Source: Ignavibacteriota bacterium | GTDB taxonomy: Bacteria; Bacteroidota; Ignavibacteria; UBA10030; CAVZMI01 | NCBI GenBank assembly: GCA_963776275.1 | Contig: CAVZMI010000037.1 | Span: 1-60,109 of the forward strand | Direction of reading: 5' to 3' | DNA: 60,109 bases | Shown: positions 1 to 10,243 of the stretch, piece after piece | Layout: each line of letters opens with the position of its first letter | How positions within the stretch are numbered: the stretch's first letter is position 1 | The notes under the pieces: generated by a model | What the model was told of the DNA's origin: nothing | The model's database searches: none | What the model saw: only the letters and a program-made list of their open reading frames with translations | Position numbers and translations under genes: made by a program

Positions 1-84
1 CAGCCGGGCGCTCAGAGACGATAAGGTTCCACCGAATGAACCAATCGGTGTACGGCAAGCACTTGCAATGACGACGCTACGCAT
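1..84 (-). CDS. Acetyl-CoA acetyltransferase (thiolase), N-terminus; runs off the window edge
   Basis: Manual translation from ATG at 84 gives MRSVVIASACRTPIGSFGGTLSSLSA, the typical thiolase start (RTPIGSFGG). Confidence 0.85.
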   Translation of the reverse strand, partial: MRSVVIASACRTPIGSFGGTLSSLSARL

Positions 85-172
85 GATGTGGATTCCTTCT
101 CACGTTCTGTGTAAGGAACGCCATCGGGAAATGCTTCATATGAGAGGGTTCTCCTCTCATCCATTTCCCTCT

Positions 173-1428
173 TCAACTATTCATCGACTTCAAAAATTCT
201 TTATTTGATTTTGTACCACGCATTTTTTCAAGGACGAATTCCATTGCCTCGACGGCATTGAATTCGCTTAGTATCTTACGGAGCACCCAGACACGGCTGA
301 GCTCGTCGGTTTCAAGCAGGAGTTCCTCTTTTTCGTGTGCCGGATTTATTCACTTCGATTGCGGGGAAAATGCGCCTGTCGGCGAGCTTCCGTTCAAGGA
401 CAATTTCCATGTTTCCTGTTCCTTTGAACTCTTCAAAAATCACTTCGTCCATCCTGCTTCCGGTCTCAATCAAGGCCGTTGCAATGATGGTCAGACTTCC
501 ACCCTCTTCGATATTTCTGGCGGCACCGAAGAATCTTTTCGGTCGATGGAGAGCGTTAGCATCAACACCACCGGAGAGGATTTTTCCGCTATGGGGGACA
601 ACCGTGTTATGTGCGCGTGCAAGTCTTGTTATACTATCGAGAAGAACAACCACGTCCCGTTTTGCCTCTACAAGCCGTTTGGCTTTTTCAAGAACCATAT
701 CAGCGACTTGAACGTGCCTTTCCGGCGGTTCATCGAACGTTGATGCAATAACCTCGGCCTGGACTGGATCGCTCCATGTCCGTAACTTCTTCGGGACGCT
801 CATCTATCAGTAGTACGATCAGTTTGATTTCAGGATGATTACGCGTAATGCTATTGGCAATTTTTTGTAGAAGGATGGTCTTCCCGGCTTTGGGTGGCGA
901 TACAATCATTCCGCGATTACCTTTACCAATTGGGCTCAGAAGATCCATTATCCTCATCGAATACTCACCAGGTGAGGTTTCAAGGTGAATCCGGTCGTTG
1001 GCATACAATGGAGTCAGGTTATCGAAAAGGACCCTGTCGCGCATTGTATCAGGATTCTCGTCATTCACCGCCTCTACCCGGAGAAGCGCGAAAAATCGTT
1101 CCCCCTCTTTTGGTGGACGTACCTGACCGCTGACGGTATCACCCGTTCGAAGACTGAATTTTTTTATCTGAGATGGAGATACGTAGATATCGTCGGGTGA
1201 CGGCAGGTAGTTATAGTCGACTGAGCGGAGGAAACCATAACCATCAGGGAGTACTTCAAGCACCCCTTTGCTGAAGTTCAATCCGTCAGCCTCGGTCTGT
1301 GCTTCGAGGATTTTAAAAATCAGTTCTTGTTTGCGGAGATCGCTAAAGCCTGAAATGTTCAACTCTTTGGCGATCTTAGAGAGCTCAGATATCTTTTTTG
1401 ACTTGAGCTCGGCAATGTCCATCGGCAT
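173..1428 (-). CDS. rho: Transcription termination factor Rho (two apparent +1 indels, at ~765 and ~330)
   Basis: ORFs 730-1428 and 312-803 carry GYGFLRS, P-loop [28 protein letters not shown] and FKGTGNMEI. Removing one base at each break restores MERSVQAEV and [21 protein letters not shown]...KSMNS, ending at TGA 173-175. Confidence 0.97.
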
Positions 1429-1617
1429 AATTGTACTTCCTTTTTATTAGAAAAGATCCTCGCACAATCCCGTTCGCGTCAACATATCCACATCGATTAT
1501 ACTATTAGAAAATATTGGGTCGGATCCGTGAATTGTATTTTGATGAGTACTTCAGAGGTGGTGACAAAGTGACTTTTTAAGCAGCACACCTGCCTGCCCA
1601 TTTTCTTACCCGCTGTA

Positions 1618-1646
1618 AATATATGAGTTCTACAATACATTGTCAA
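1618..1646 (-). promoter_or_regulatory. Sigma70-type promoter for rho
   Basis: TTGACA (1646-1641), 17-nt spacer, TATATT (1623-1618). Confidence 0.7.
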
Positions 1647-2956
1647 GTTTTATAAGAATGAATTTTTTGAAATACCTCTCCTGCCAGGTAATGAGAACCG
1701 ATCACCAATACAGGACAATGGTGCTTTCGTGCCAGTCTGATTGCCCTTAAAATGGCTTTTTCAGTAGTTCCAGCGGGGAGAGCCCGAATTCCCGCCGCTT
1801 CAGCCTCCGCAATGATTCTCTCTACTGTCATAGCCCGTTCGATCTTCGGTCGAGCCGCCACGAGAAACCTTGTAATGGGTCTGAGATGTTTCAACATTTC
1901 CTTTACATTTTTGTCTGACATGACACCGAAAACGACTACACAATGCTGACATCCGTACATCGTCAGGGAATCCACCGTGCTTCGTATTCCCTGTGGGTTA
2001 TGCGCAACATCCACTATTGTAAGAGGCCGGTGTCTCAGAATTTGAAGACGACCTCGGAGTCCGCTGAATCGACAGGTTTGCCTGAGGCCTTTCCGAATTG
2101 CTTTTTTAGTGATCGAATAAAATTTCGATAGATATTCGGCCGCAAGAACGGCGGTGGCTGCATTGGTCACCTGGTGAATTCCAGATAATTCAACGGTCAA
2201 ATGACGATAGGAATGAAGCGGTGTTTCGAGTGAAAGAGTATTTCTCTCGAGACCGGACGATATAATGCTGGCATCGGTGAGTTCTCGCACAACCAGCATA
2301 GGAGCTCCCTGCTGACGGGCGGTGCGTGCAAGTACAGAGAGAACGCTATCTTTTGTTTCGGCAGTCAGACACGGTGTCGAGAACTTGATGATGCCGGCTT
2401 TTTCTTTTGCTATTGCAGATAATGTATTCCCGAGGTATTCCATGTGGTCATAATCGATCGTTGTGATTATAGACAGAAGAGGGGTGAGAATATTTGTTGA
2501 ATCGAGGCGTCCTCCCAGTCCGACTTCGACGATTGCGATATCGACATCCTCTTCAGCAAAATACATAAATGCTATTGCGGTGGTCGCCTCGAAAAATGTT
2601 GCATGGATTTTTTGGATCATCGGGCGAAGGAAATCGGTGTATCCGGCAATTCGCTGTTCAGGAATTGGTATACCATTAATACGAATGCGTTCGGAGAATG
2701 AAAGCATATGAGGTGAAGTGTACAGCCCGGTGCGGTAGCCCGCAGCGGTCATGATGGCGCTGAGCATTGAGGCAGTCGAACCCTTTCCGTTCGTACCGGC
2801 GATATGAACGGAAGAAAAATTATGATGGGGATTTCCTACACCTGCAAGAAGTAGAGCGATATTCTGAAGTCCGAATTTCATTCCGGACTTCTGAAGAGTG
2901 TAGAGATACCTAAGCGTCTCTGCTAAGCGAGATGAGTTGCGTACGGATGGAATCAT
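1643..2956 (-). CDS. folC: Bifunctional folylpolyglutamate synthase/dihydrofolate synthase
   Basis: HIAGTNGKGST, YTSPH, EVGLGGRLDSTN and DVAHNP motifs. Confidence 0.96.
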   Translation of the reverse strand: MIPSVRNSSRLAETLRYLYTLQKSGMKFGLQNIALLLAGVGNPHHNFSSVHIAGTNGKGSTASMLSAIMTAAGYRTGLYTSPHMLSFSERIRINGIPIPEQRIAGYTDFLRPMIQKIHATFFEATTAIAFMYFAEEDVDIAIVEVGLGGRLDSTNILTPLLSIITTIDYDHMEYLGNTLSAIAKEKAGIIKFSTPCLTAETKDSVLSVLARTARQQGAPMLVVRELTDASIISSGLERNTLSLETPLHSYRHLTVELSGIHQVTNAATAVLAAEYLSKFYSITKKAIRKGLRQTCRFSGLRGRLQILRHRPLTIVDVAHNPQGIRSTVDSLTMYGCQHCVVVFGVMSDKNVKEMLKHLRPITRFLVAARPKIERAMTVERIIAEAEAAGIRALPAGTTEKAILRAIRLARKHHCPVLVIGSHYLAGEVFQKIHSYKT

Positions 2957-3900
2957 TACAACCAGCTTTGAACGATCGAAACTTCCTTTCCACTTTTCAT
3001 TCTACCGACAAGATCTCCGACATCGGCAATTCCCCGGTCACGACAGAAGTTTTCGATTCCCAGAGCGATATAGATGGCCGTGGCAGGATCGATGAAGTTC
3101 GCTGTACCGATCTGAACCGCACTTGCACCGACGAGGAGAAATTCGACGGCATCTTTCCAGTTTGAAATTCCTCCAATACCGATAATCGGGATTTTCACCG
3201 ATTTTGCACACTCGTATACTTTTGCCAGCGCGATAGGTCTAATGGCAGGTCCTGAGAGTCCGCCAGTAACAGACGAGATTCTCGGCTCACGCGTATAGAT
3301 ATTTACGCTCATTCCGACAAGCGTATTGATGACCGACAGCGCGTCGGCCCCTTCCGCTTCACATGCACGTGCGAATTCCGAAATATGAGTGACATTTGGT
3401 GTGAGTTTGACGATCATGAGTCTCTTGGTGAGCGGACGTAGCCGTCGTGTAATCTCGGCGGTCATCTCGCATCGAATGCCAAAATTCATCCCTCCTTCGC
3501 GCACATTGGGGCATGACACATTAATTTCATATCCTGCAATCCCCTGTTCACCCTCGAGGATATCGAGAACAGTGCAGTACTCATCGATAGAACTCGCGGC
3601 GATATTTACGATAATCTTCGTTGTGAGTTTCTGGAGGAACGGAATTTTTTCCGATATGAACCGCCGGACACCAATATTGGCCAGACCAATCGAGTTGAGC
3701 ATTCCACTCGGCGTTTCTGCGATCCGGGGCGGTGGATTTCCATCTCTCGGTTTCAGTGATAACGATTTCGTGACAATGCCGCCGAGAGCATTAATATCGA
3801 CAAGATCACACACTTCATCACCATACCCGAATGTTCCCGAGGCGACAAGAACACGATTCTTGAATTCTACTCCTGCAATTGTTACAGCAGTACGTACCAT
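2956..3900 (-). CDS. pyrD: Dihydroorotate dehydrogenase B, catalytic subunit
   Basis: ASGTFGYG, NSIGLAN, EINVSCPN, VKLTPN and GGLSGPAI motifs; adjacent to pyrK. Confidence 0.96.
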   Translation of the reverse strand: MVRTAVTIAGVEFKNRVLVASGTFGYGDEVCDLVDINALGGIVTKSLSLKPRDGNPPPRIAETPSGMLNSIGLANIGVRRFISEKIPFLQKLTTKIIVNIAASSIDEYCTVLDILEGEQGIAGYEINVSCPNVREGGMNFGIRCEMTAEITRRLRPLTKRLMIVKLTPNVTHISEFARACEAEGADALSVINTLVGMSVNIYTREPRISSVTGGLSGPAIRPIALAKVYECAKSVKIPIIGIGGISNWKDAVEFLLVGASAVQIGTANFIDPATAIYIALGIENFCRDRGIADVGDLVGRMKSGKEVSIVQSWL

Positions 3901-3901
3901 G

Positions 3902-4684
3902 TTAAAGTCTTATTGATGTGATTGGGAAAACGGTACCATCATGACACACCAGCCGGTATTTTTTTTCATCATTCACCATTTCGACAGGACAGCCCTGACA
4001 CAGTCCGATACCGCATCCCATTTCTCCTTCAAGAGATGCCTCGCACGGAATCCCGGTTTCCTGAACGAATTTCGAAAGGGCTCTCAGCATCGGAGTCGGA
4101 CCACAGGCAAATATCTGTACCCCTTTTTTCACCGCATTCTTCAATTCTTTTTGAAGAAGTTCTATCACGGTTCCATGGTAACCCTGACTTCCATCATCGG
4201 TTGCGATGACTAAATTCTGAAGATGAGCAGTGACAAGATATTCTTTTGACCGGGCACCAAGAAAGGTTCGAATCTTCTTTCCGCTTTTACCGAGGTACTG
4301 CGTCAAAAAAGGCATCGGTGCAATTCCAACTCCCCCCGCTACAAGAATTGCCGTATCGTCAAGTATATCATAATGAAATGCATTCCCGAGCGAACCAAGA
4401 ATATCAAGCGTTTCACCCGGACGCTTGCATGCCATTACATTTGTCGCAAGACCAATTTTTTGGAAGAGGATTTCTATTCGTTCTCCATCGACACGAGAAA
4501 TAGAAAACGGACGACGCAGCAGCGGTGAAGTTGAGTTATCAACTTTGATATTCACAAATTGTCCCGGTCGTGCTGTCGAAGCAATACTCGCTGAATCGAA
4601 TGATAGGATAAATGCGTCTTTTGCCACACTAACGAGCGAAGTAATGGTGATCGTCTCGTCTACCCGCTTTGAAGATGGTGTCAT
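3902..4684 (-). CDS. pyrK: Dihydroorotate dehydrogenase electron-transfer subunit
   Basis: RRPFSI, AGGVGIAP, CGPTPM and the 2Fe-2S motif CGIGLCQGC...C. Confidence 0.93.
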   Translation of the reverse strand: MTPSSKRVDETITITSLVSVAKDAFILSFDSASIASTARPGQFVNIKVDNSTSPLLRRPFSISRVDGERIEILFQKIGLATNVMACKRPGETLDILGSLGNAFHYDILDDTAILVAGGVGIAPMPFLTQYLGKSGKKIRTFLGARSKEYLVTAHLQNLVIATDDGSQGYHGTVIELLQKELKNAVKKGVQIFACGPTPMLRALSKFVQETGIPCEASLEGEMGCGIGLCQGCPVEMVNDEKKYRLVCHDGTVFPITSIRL

Positions 4685-4699
4685 GGATTGAACAGTCTT

Positions 4700-7528
4700 C
4701 TAGTGTCTTAATGTATCCGGTTGTATACTATCCTTTTTTGACTGATTGAATTTAATCTCTTCATCGATAGTTTTTGATACTTTTTTCAAAAGTGAATCAG
4801 GAAGGACAGTTTTATTCGTGTCTTTTTGAATGTCAATATTCCCTGTCGGCCTTGTAAGTACATTGGGTTGAACTTTTTTTTCTTCAGGACGATTGAGCTG
4901 ATCTTCATCACCATCGAACCGCCGGCGGATCGCCGGACGTTTTAACAGTGAATCTTTAGTTGCAGTTGTCACAGAGTCAACCTGTTTCGGTACAGCCTGA
5001 CGCCGTGCGAGTGTATCTGTGATGGTTGTTCGAGCAGTATCGCCCCGTGCAGGCGTTTGAGCAGGTGCTTGCGATGGAGTTGTTACTTGCGATCGTTTCG
5101 GAGTCGCAGCGGTTGTATCCTGCTTCTTTTTCGCCGCCTCAACTTCATCGATTTTTCCCTTAATTTTCGCCGCATATGCCGATGTAGGAAAATTTTTTAC
5201 CAGAGTATTATACCAAGTAATGGCGCTGTCGATATTCTTGTAGGTGTTTTCATAAAACCATCCGATGGCATACCGGGCTTTTAATGCCTCTTCGCTTTTC
5301 GGATGCTTCTCGATAATTTTCTTGTACAGATGAAATGTAGTTTCACTATCATTTTTTGTCAGGGATTTTTCTGCTTCCAGAAGAAGCGTGTGTGGTTCTT
5401 CTTCCGCAGATATCTCAAGGAGCGGCAGCCCGCGCTGACGCCGAATTTCCTGTGCATATTTTGATGTCGGATATTTCACAAGAATACTGTCCGAGAGTGA
5501 ATCTGCCGTCTGTTTGCGATTCTTGAATGCTGTGAGATAGATTTGCCCGATGGTAAAGAGAGAACCCGCAGCGATATCATCCGGCGGAGAATTACTTATG
5601 ACATCCTTTAAAATCTGCATTGCCGAATCGGGTTCGTCAAGCTCTAAATAGAGCAATGATCCAAGCTCGTACAGTGCTGCAACCCTGTCACCAAGCACCT
5701 TTATGGAATCCTGGACAGCTGCCTTTATTATTGCGGTTGTATTTTTTTTCACTACAATCGAATCTCCCAATGCACGAGTACTGTCCGTTTCTTTCGTATT
5801 CCTGATTCCCCGGACAGCGGCCATCCCTGCTGCTTTGGCCGTCTTCATCTTCAAAGAATCTACTACCGTCTCCGGATTTTTTAATACTTTAGTTGTTGTC
5901 TTGGTCGTGTCTTTTTTAATTATAATTGAATCTATCAATGCACTAGTACTGTCCATTTCTTTCGTATTCTTGTTTTCCCCGACAGCAGCCATCCCCGATA
6001 CCTTGACTGTCTTCATCTTCAAAGAATCTACTACTGTCTCCGGATTTTCTAACGCTTTTGTCGTTATTTTAATCGCATCTTTTTTCACAACAATTGAGTC
6101 TTTCAATTCACTAGTACTGTCCGTTTCTTTCGTATTCTTGTTTTCCTCGACAGCGGCCATCTCTGCGGCTTTGACTGTTTTTATCTTCAAAGAATCTACT
6201 GCTGTCTCCGGATTTTCTAACCCTTTTATTATCTTAATCTTATTTTTGGCAGTGTCTACAGCCACAGTATCTTTATGTGTGCTGTCGGTTTTTTCCGAAT
6301 AATATCTCAGAAGCGAGTCGCAGCGAGCAATCCTGGTTCGGAGCTGGACATACTGTTTCATACTCTCGGCATATACAGTTGCCTTTTGCGTGATTGGAGA
6401 TTGCGGATATTCAGTACGTGCCTTTTCAAACATTGCCATTGCCGTCCGGTAGTTTCCCGAATCTTTTTGTTGTATCAACCCCCGTTGGAAGTAACTTTGT
6501 GCCGCCACATCGCTGCGAGAATAAAGCGAATCGATTTCGACATATCGCTCCCAAGCTTCTGTGATATCCCCTTTTTGATGGAATGCATATGCCTGTGAAT
6601 ATTTTATTTGCGCAGTGTATTCGCTGTACTCAGGACGGTCGAGAAGAAACTGCAGCTCGGATATCGCTTCATCGTACCGACCAATTTTTACCAAATATTG
6701 TGCAAACCTTAAGCGTGCCTTATATTCGGTCACAAGCTCTGCATTGAAATCACGGACCCTGGCGAAAGCCTTAAAGACATTTTCCTTTTCACCGTTCACG
6801 GCAAGGATCTCGGCGACGGAGAGTTGAGCCTGAGCTTTTAGAGCGTCATCGTGCGATTGATCTATCACTGTCTGAAAAGCCGATAACGCCCCGCTGCTGT
6901 CAGCAAGCTTGAGGCATATCTGACCGAGGAGCAGTCCGGCTTCTCCTCCGATATTTCTTTCTCCATTTTCATACGCACGGGGAATTAGGGCCACCAGTTC
7001 TTTTTGAGCATTCTGGAATTTATTCGCTGCATCCAGTGTACGCCCTAACCAGAGCGTCGCCGTATTCACATAATCACTCGACGGTATTGTAGTAATCAAC
7101 TCACGAAATTTATGCTCTGCACGAATAATATTACCTTCATAGTAATATGCTTTACCGATCATGACGAGAGATCGATCGACCCATTTGCTTGTTGGATAGA
7201 AGGTGAGCAATCGCGATAGTTTCTCAATGCTTATATCAAATTTCTGCTTTGCAGACGATGATATTTCTCCCAATTTGATCGGCTGGTCTTTCGCACGAAG
7301 AGTCTGTTGTTGTTTTATTACTTCGCTTTCTGCATCGTTAAATGCCGTTGATGCATTGTAATATGTGTTAAAGTATGCAACGGTATTTTCATACCGCTGG
7401 CCGATGAAATCACCAATCGGAGAAAAAACCGAACATCCTGTCACGCCGGTGACCACGATGATAACAGAAACAATGATGATAACAGGAAGACGCCGATTGG
7501 GATTATAGTGACCTGGGCTGGGATTCAT
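4700..7528 (-). CDS. Large TPR-repeat lipoprotein (SprE/PorW- or BamD-like) with internal 56-aa repeats
   Basis: Signal peptide with GVTG-C lipobox; YFNTYYNA near the N-terminus; many TPR helices with YPxS turns; Thr/Lys/Asp-rich insert and tail. Confidence 0.75.
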   Translation of the reverse strand: MNPSPGHYNPNRRLPVIIIVSVIIVVTGVTGCSVFSPIGDFIGQRYENTVAYFNTYYNASTAFNDAESEVIKQQQTLRAKDQPIKLGEISSSAKQKFDISIEKLSRLLTFYPTSKWVDRSLVMIGKAYYYEGNIIRAEHKFRELITTIPSSDYVNTATLWLGRTLDAANKFQNAQKELVALIPRAYENGERNIGGEAGLLLGQICLKLADSSGALSAFQTVIDQSHDDALKAQAQLSVAEILAVNGEKENVFKAFARVRDFNAELVTEYKARLRFAQYLVKIGRYDEAISELQFLLDRPEYSEYTAQIKYSQAYAFHQKGDITEAWERYVEIDSLYSRSDVAAQSYFQRGLIQQKDSGNYRTAMAMFEKARTEYPQSPITQKATVYAESMKQYVQLRTRIARCDSLLRYYSEKTDSTHKDTVAVDTAKNKIKIIKGLENPETAVDSLKIKTVKAAEMAAVEENKNTKETDSTSELKDSIVVKKDAIKITTKALENPETVVDSLKMKTVKVSGMAAVGENKNTKEMDSTSALIDSIIIKKDTTKTTTKVLKNPETVVDSLKMKTAKAAGMAAVRGIRNTKETDSTRALGDSIVVKKNTTAIIKAAVQDSIKVLGDRVAALYELGSLLYLELDEPDSAMQILKDVISNSPPDDIAAGSLFTIGQIYLTAFKNRKQTADSLSDSILVKYPTSKYAQEIRRQRGLPLLEISAEEEPHTLLLEAEKSLTKNDSETTFHLYKKIIEKHPKSEEALKARYAIGWFYENTYKNIDSAITWYNTLVKNFPTSAYAAKIKGKIDEVEAAKKKQDTTAATPKRSQVTTPSQAPAQTPARGDTARTTITDTLARRQAVPKQVDSVTTATKDSLLKRPAIRRRFDGDEDQLNRPEEKKVQPNVLTRPTGNIDIQKDTNKTVLPDSLLKKVSKTIDEEIKFNQSKKDSIQPDTLRH
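5735..6240 (-). repeat. Three in-frame 168-bp (56-aa) tandem repeats inside the TPR lipoprotein
   Basis: AGTACTGTCC recurs at 5777, 5945 and 6113 (period 168); NPET(A/V)VDSLK...DST occurs three times. Confidence 0.92.
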
Positions 7529-7558
7529 GAAAAGCTTGAATTCCTTTGATTTATATGT

Positions 7559-7587
7559 AATATAAGCACTCTTATTCCCATTTTCAA
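7559..7587 (-). promoter_or_regulatory. Sigma70-type promoter for the TPR-pyrK-pyrD-folC run
   Basis: TTGAAA-N17-TATATT about 30 nt upstream of the ATG at 7528. Confidence 0.6.
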
Positions 7588-7680
7588 GACTCTCGACAAT
7601 TAAACTTTGTTACAACAATATGCATCAAAAGGATGAAAAAGTTAAATACTCATCATGTCATAAATGGAAGGATATATATC

Positions 7681-8340
7681 ATGAGGAAGATCGTATACGC
7701 GCTCCTTACAGTTAGTCTTGTTCTTATCGGAACACTACCGCTCCAGGCGCAACCGGCTGCTCCCCGGCAAAAGCAAGAACAGGTAACACGCGAAAAAATC
7801 GGAGCTAAACTGAACCTTACCGACGCGCAGAAAAAACAACTCGATGAAATGCGAACCAGCATGAAGAGAAATGCAGTTCAACTTCGATGCAAAATTCAAC
7901 TTGCAAGAATTGATCTTCGCGAACTTCTCAAAGCGGACGAGCCGAACGAAGCTGTAATCGAGAAGAAGCTTAACGAAATTGGACAACTGCAGACAGAACA
8001 AAAAATATTGAGGATCAATCATTGGCTTAACGTGAAGAAGATGCTCACACCCGAACAACGTAAGATTATGAAAAGTGAGATTCGTGGAATGTGGCTCCAT
8101 GGCGGTAATATGAGAGGTAATCATCGAGGGATGATAAGACAGCGTCGGGAGTTGAGGATGAATCACAGGGATGAGATGGGAAATCCTCAGGGTTCGTTAG
8201 ATAATCGTGAGGATATAATCGGGAATCCTCTGAGTATACTGGAAGATGATGAGTATATAATGGACAATCCCCCGGGGACCATAGAAAATAATGATGATAT
8301 ATTGGGGAATCCAGAGGATCCAATGGAAAGCGGATGGTGA
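7681..8340 (+). CDS. Spy/CpxP-family periplasmic chaperone (heavy-metal-sensor-like) with acidic C-terminal repeats
   Basis: Signal peptide; two LTxxQ motifs (LTDAQ, LTPEQ); C-terminal 14-aa repeat x4. The likely start is MRKIV at 7681. Confidence 0.85.
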   Translation: MRKIVYALLTVSLVLIGTLPLQAQPAAPRQKQEQVTREKIGAKLNLTDAQKKQLDEMRTSMKRNAVQLRCKIQLARIDLRELLKADEPNEAVIEKKLNEIGQLQTEQKILRINHWLNVKKMLTPEQRKIMKSEIRGMWLHGGNMRGNHRGMIRQRRELRMNHRDEMGNPQGSLDNREDIIGNPLSILEDDEYIMDNPPGTIENNDDILGNPEDPMESGW

Positions 8341-8382
8341 AAAATCTGAAAAGTAATTTGTAAGCTGATATGAGTTTTGGGG

Positions 8383-8416
8383 AAGTGACCTTATTTATGC
8401 GGGTCACTTTTTTTTC
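8383..8416 (+). terminator. Intrinsic terminator after the Spy/CpxP gene
   Basis: AAGTGACC...GGTCACTT hairpin followed by a T-run. Confidence 0.8.
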
Positions 8417-8504
8417 GTCACCGAAAGAGTATAAAAGCTCCTATCCGGGTCGTTTCACCGTATAAATATCATGAATAGATTTAGAATCATGATGTGATCG
8501 TTCA

Positions 8505-9503
8505 TCATAGCGGATGTTTTTTAGCACTGCTGTGTCCTGGAAAATATTTTGCACGAGGGTCGATCGATACTTTAGCGCTGTTGACGGCAATTACACCCTC
8601 ACCGAAACCTGTAGCAATCAACTTGAGTTTTCCGACATACATCGCTATATCTCCAGCGGCGAATATCCCGGGGATATTTGTTTCCATAGTACGATTGACC
8701 TTAATATCATTTCGCTCCATTTCAAGCCCCCAATCCTTCAACGGACCGATATTTACGATAAAACCAAGGTTGGGGAGAACAAAATCAACGTCCAGCGTTT
8801 CTTCCACCCCTGTTTTTGTATTGATAATCGTCGCTCTTTCGATATGCTCATCCCCGTTTATATGCCGTATTTCGGAAAAAGTCTTTACAACTACACGAGA
8901 TGAATAAAGTTTTTTCACATTATCGTCGTGGGCACGAAATTGGTCTCGCCGGTGGATTAAAGTTATGGATTCCACTCTATCAATAAGATTCAATGCCCAA
9001 TCAATAGCACTGTCTCCTCCTCCAACAATGAGGAGTTTTTTCCCCTCAAGAAGATGGATATCATGGATAAAGTAGAGGATTCCTCTTCCCTCATACTGCA
9101 CAGCTTCGGGAAGCTCAAGCTTCTTCGGGGCAAAAGAGCCGACACCGGCTGTAATAAGTAGAGATCGAGTCCAATGATCGCTTCGCCGGTCCGTCGTCAG
9201 ATGAAAAACGGAATTTCCCCCTTCCTCGACCGTTCTGACGCTGATAACGTGCTCATTGAGACAGAGTGTAGGATGATACTGCATTGCCTGCTCGATAAGA
9301 TTGGCAGCAAGATCACGTGCGAGGATTTTGGGGAAACCCGCCACATCATAAATATATTTTTCAGGATAAAGGGCTGTTAATTGGCCGCCGAGTTCCGGGA
9401 ATGTATCGATGAGTTTCATTTTCATCCCACGCAGGCCGGCATAATAAGCAGAAAAAAGTCCTACCGGGCCGGCACCAATGATTGTGATATCGAAGATTTC
9501 CAT
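8505..9503 (-). CDS. Ferredoxin-NADP+ reductase (TrxB-like, YumC/Chlorobium FNR type)
   Basis: GAGPVG, GGQLTALYPEKYIYDVAGFP, GGGDSAIDWA and KLKLIATGFGE; no CxxC; C-terminal PGHSS. Confidence 0.9.
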   Translation of the reverse strand: MEIFDITIIGAGPVGLFSAYYAGLRGMKMKLIDTFPELGGQLTALYPEKYIYDVAGFPKILARDLAANLIEQAMQYHPTLCLNEHVISVRTVEEGGNSVFHLTTDRRSDHWTRSLLITAGVGSFAPKKLELPEAVQYEGRGILYFIHDIHLLEGKKLLIVGGGDSAIDWALNLIDRVESITLIHRRDQFRAHDDNVKKLYSSRVVVKTFSEIRHINGDEHIERATIINTKTGVEETLDVDFVLPNLGFIVNIGPLKDWGLEMERNDIKVNRTMETNIPGIFAAGDIAMYVGKLKLIATGFGEGVIAVNSAKVSIDPRAKYFPGHSSAKKHPL

Positions 9504-9532
9504 ATGATCGACAGATGCGCAGATTTATCGTT

Positions 9533-10243
9533 TTATAAATCTCCTCCGGGAGGGCGAATGATGATTTCTTCCACGCTCACTTCCGGGGATTGATGATAGA
9601 TCGTAAGGATTGTATCAGCAACGATTTGGGGCTGCAACATTTTATCCCTGTATTTTTCACGGACTTTCTGCGGCCATATTGCGGTATCTGTCGCACCCGG
9701 TATGATGTTGACTACTTTAATGCCGGTTCCCCGCACCTCCTCCCGGAGGACATCCATCGCAGTCGTGAGAGAAGCCTTTGAAGCAGCATAGGCAGCTGAA
9801 TTAATAAAGAGCTTGCGGGCAGTAATCGAAATAATATTAAAGATATGTCCTTTTTTCTGCTCGATCATAGAAGGAAGTACTGCCTTAGTCGCTATAACCG
9901 CACCACGAAAATTTGTATTAAGAATTGCATCAAATTCATCGATCGATGTATCGATGAATGATTTGAACACGGATATACCTGCATTATTGACAAGAACATC
10001 GATCGTTCCGATTTCCTGAACGATGTATGCATGCGCCGAATTTATTCCGGTGACGCTTGTCATATCACACGGAACCGCAACGGCACGGACGCCTTTCAGT
10101 GTAAGTTCTTTTTGAAGTGTGTCGAGATCTGTGCCGGAACGAGCGGTGAGAGCTACAATCGCGCCATCCCGTGCAAAATTAATAGCGGTAGCACGTCCGA
10201 TCCCCCGACTTGCCCCGGTAATCCATACAACGGCAGTACTCAT
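9533..10243 (-). CDS. SDR-family oxidoreductase (candidate sepiapterin reductase)
   Basis: [12 protein letters not shown] and YAASK; overlaps the folE stop. Confidence 0.85.
   Translation of the reverse strand: MSTAVVWITGASRGIGRATAINFARDGAIVALTARSGTDLDTLQKELTLKGVRAVAVPCDMTSVTGINSAHAYIVQEIGTIDVLVNNAGISVFKSFIDTSIDEFDAILNTNFRGAVIATKAVLPSMIEQKKGHIFNIISITARKLFINSAAYAASKASLTTAMDVLREEVRGTGIKVVNIIPGATDTAIWPQKVREKYRDKMLQPQIVADTILTIYHQSPEVSVEEIIIRPPGGDL

Noticed and set aside
5703-6302. 199-aa hydrophobic plus-strand ORF
   Set aside because: It is the antisense shadow of the Lys/Thr/Asp-rich repeat. Other short ORFs overlapping conserved genes were rejected for the same reason.
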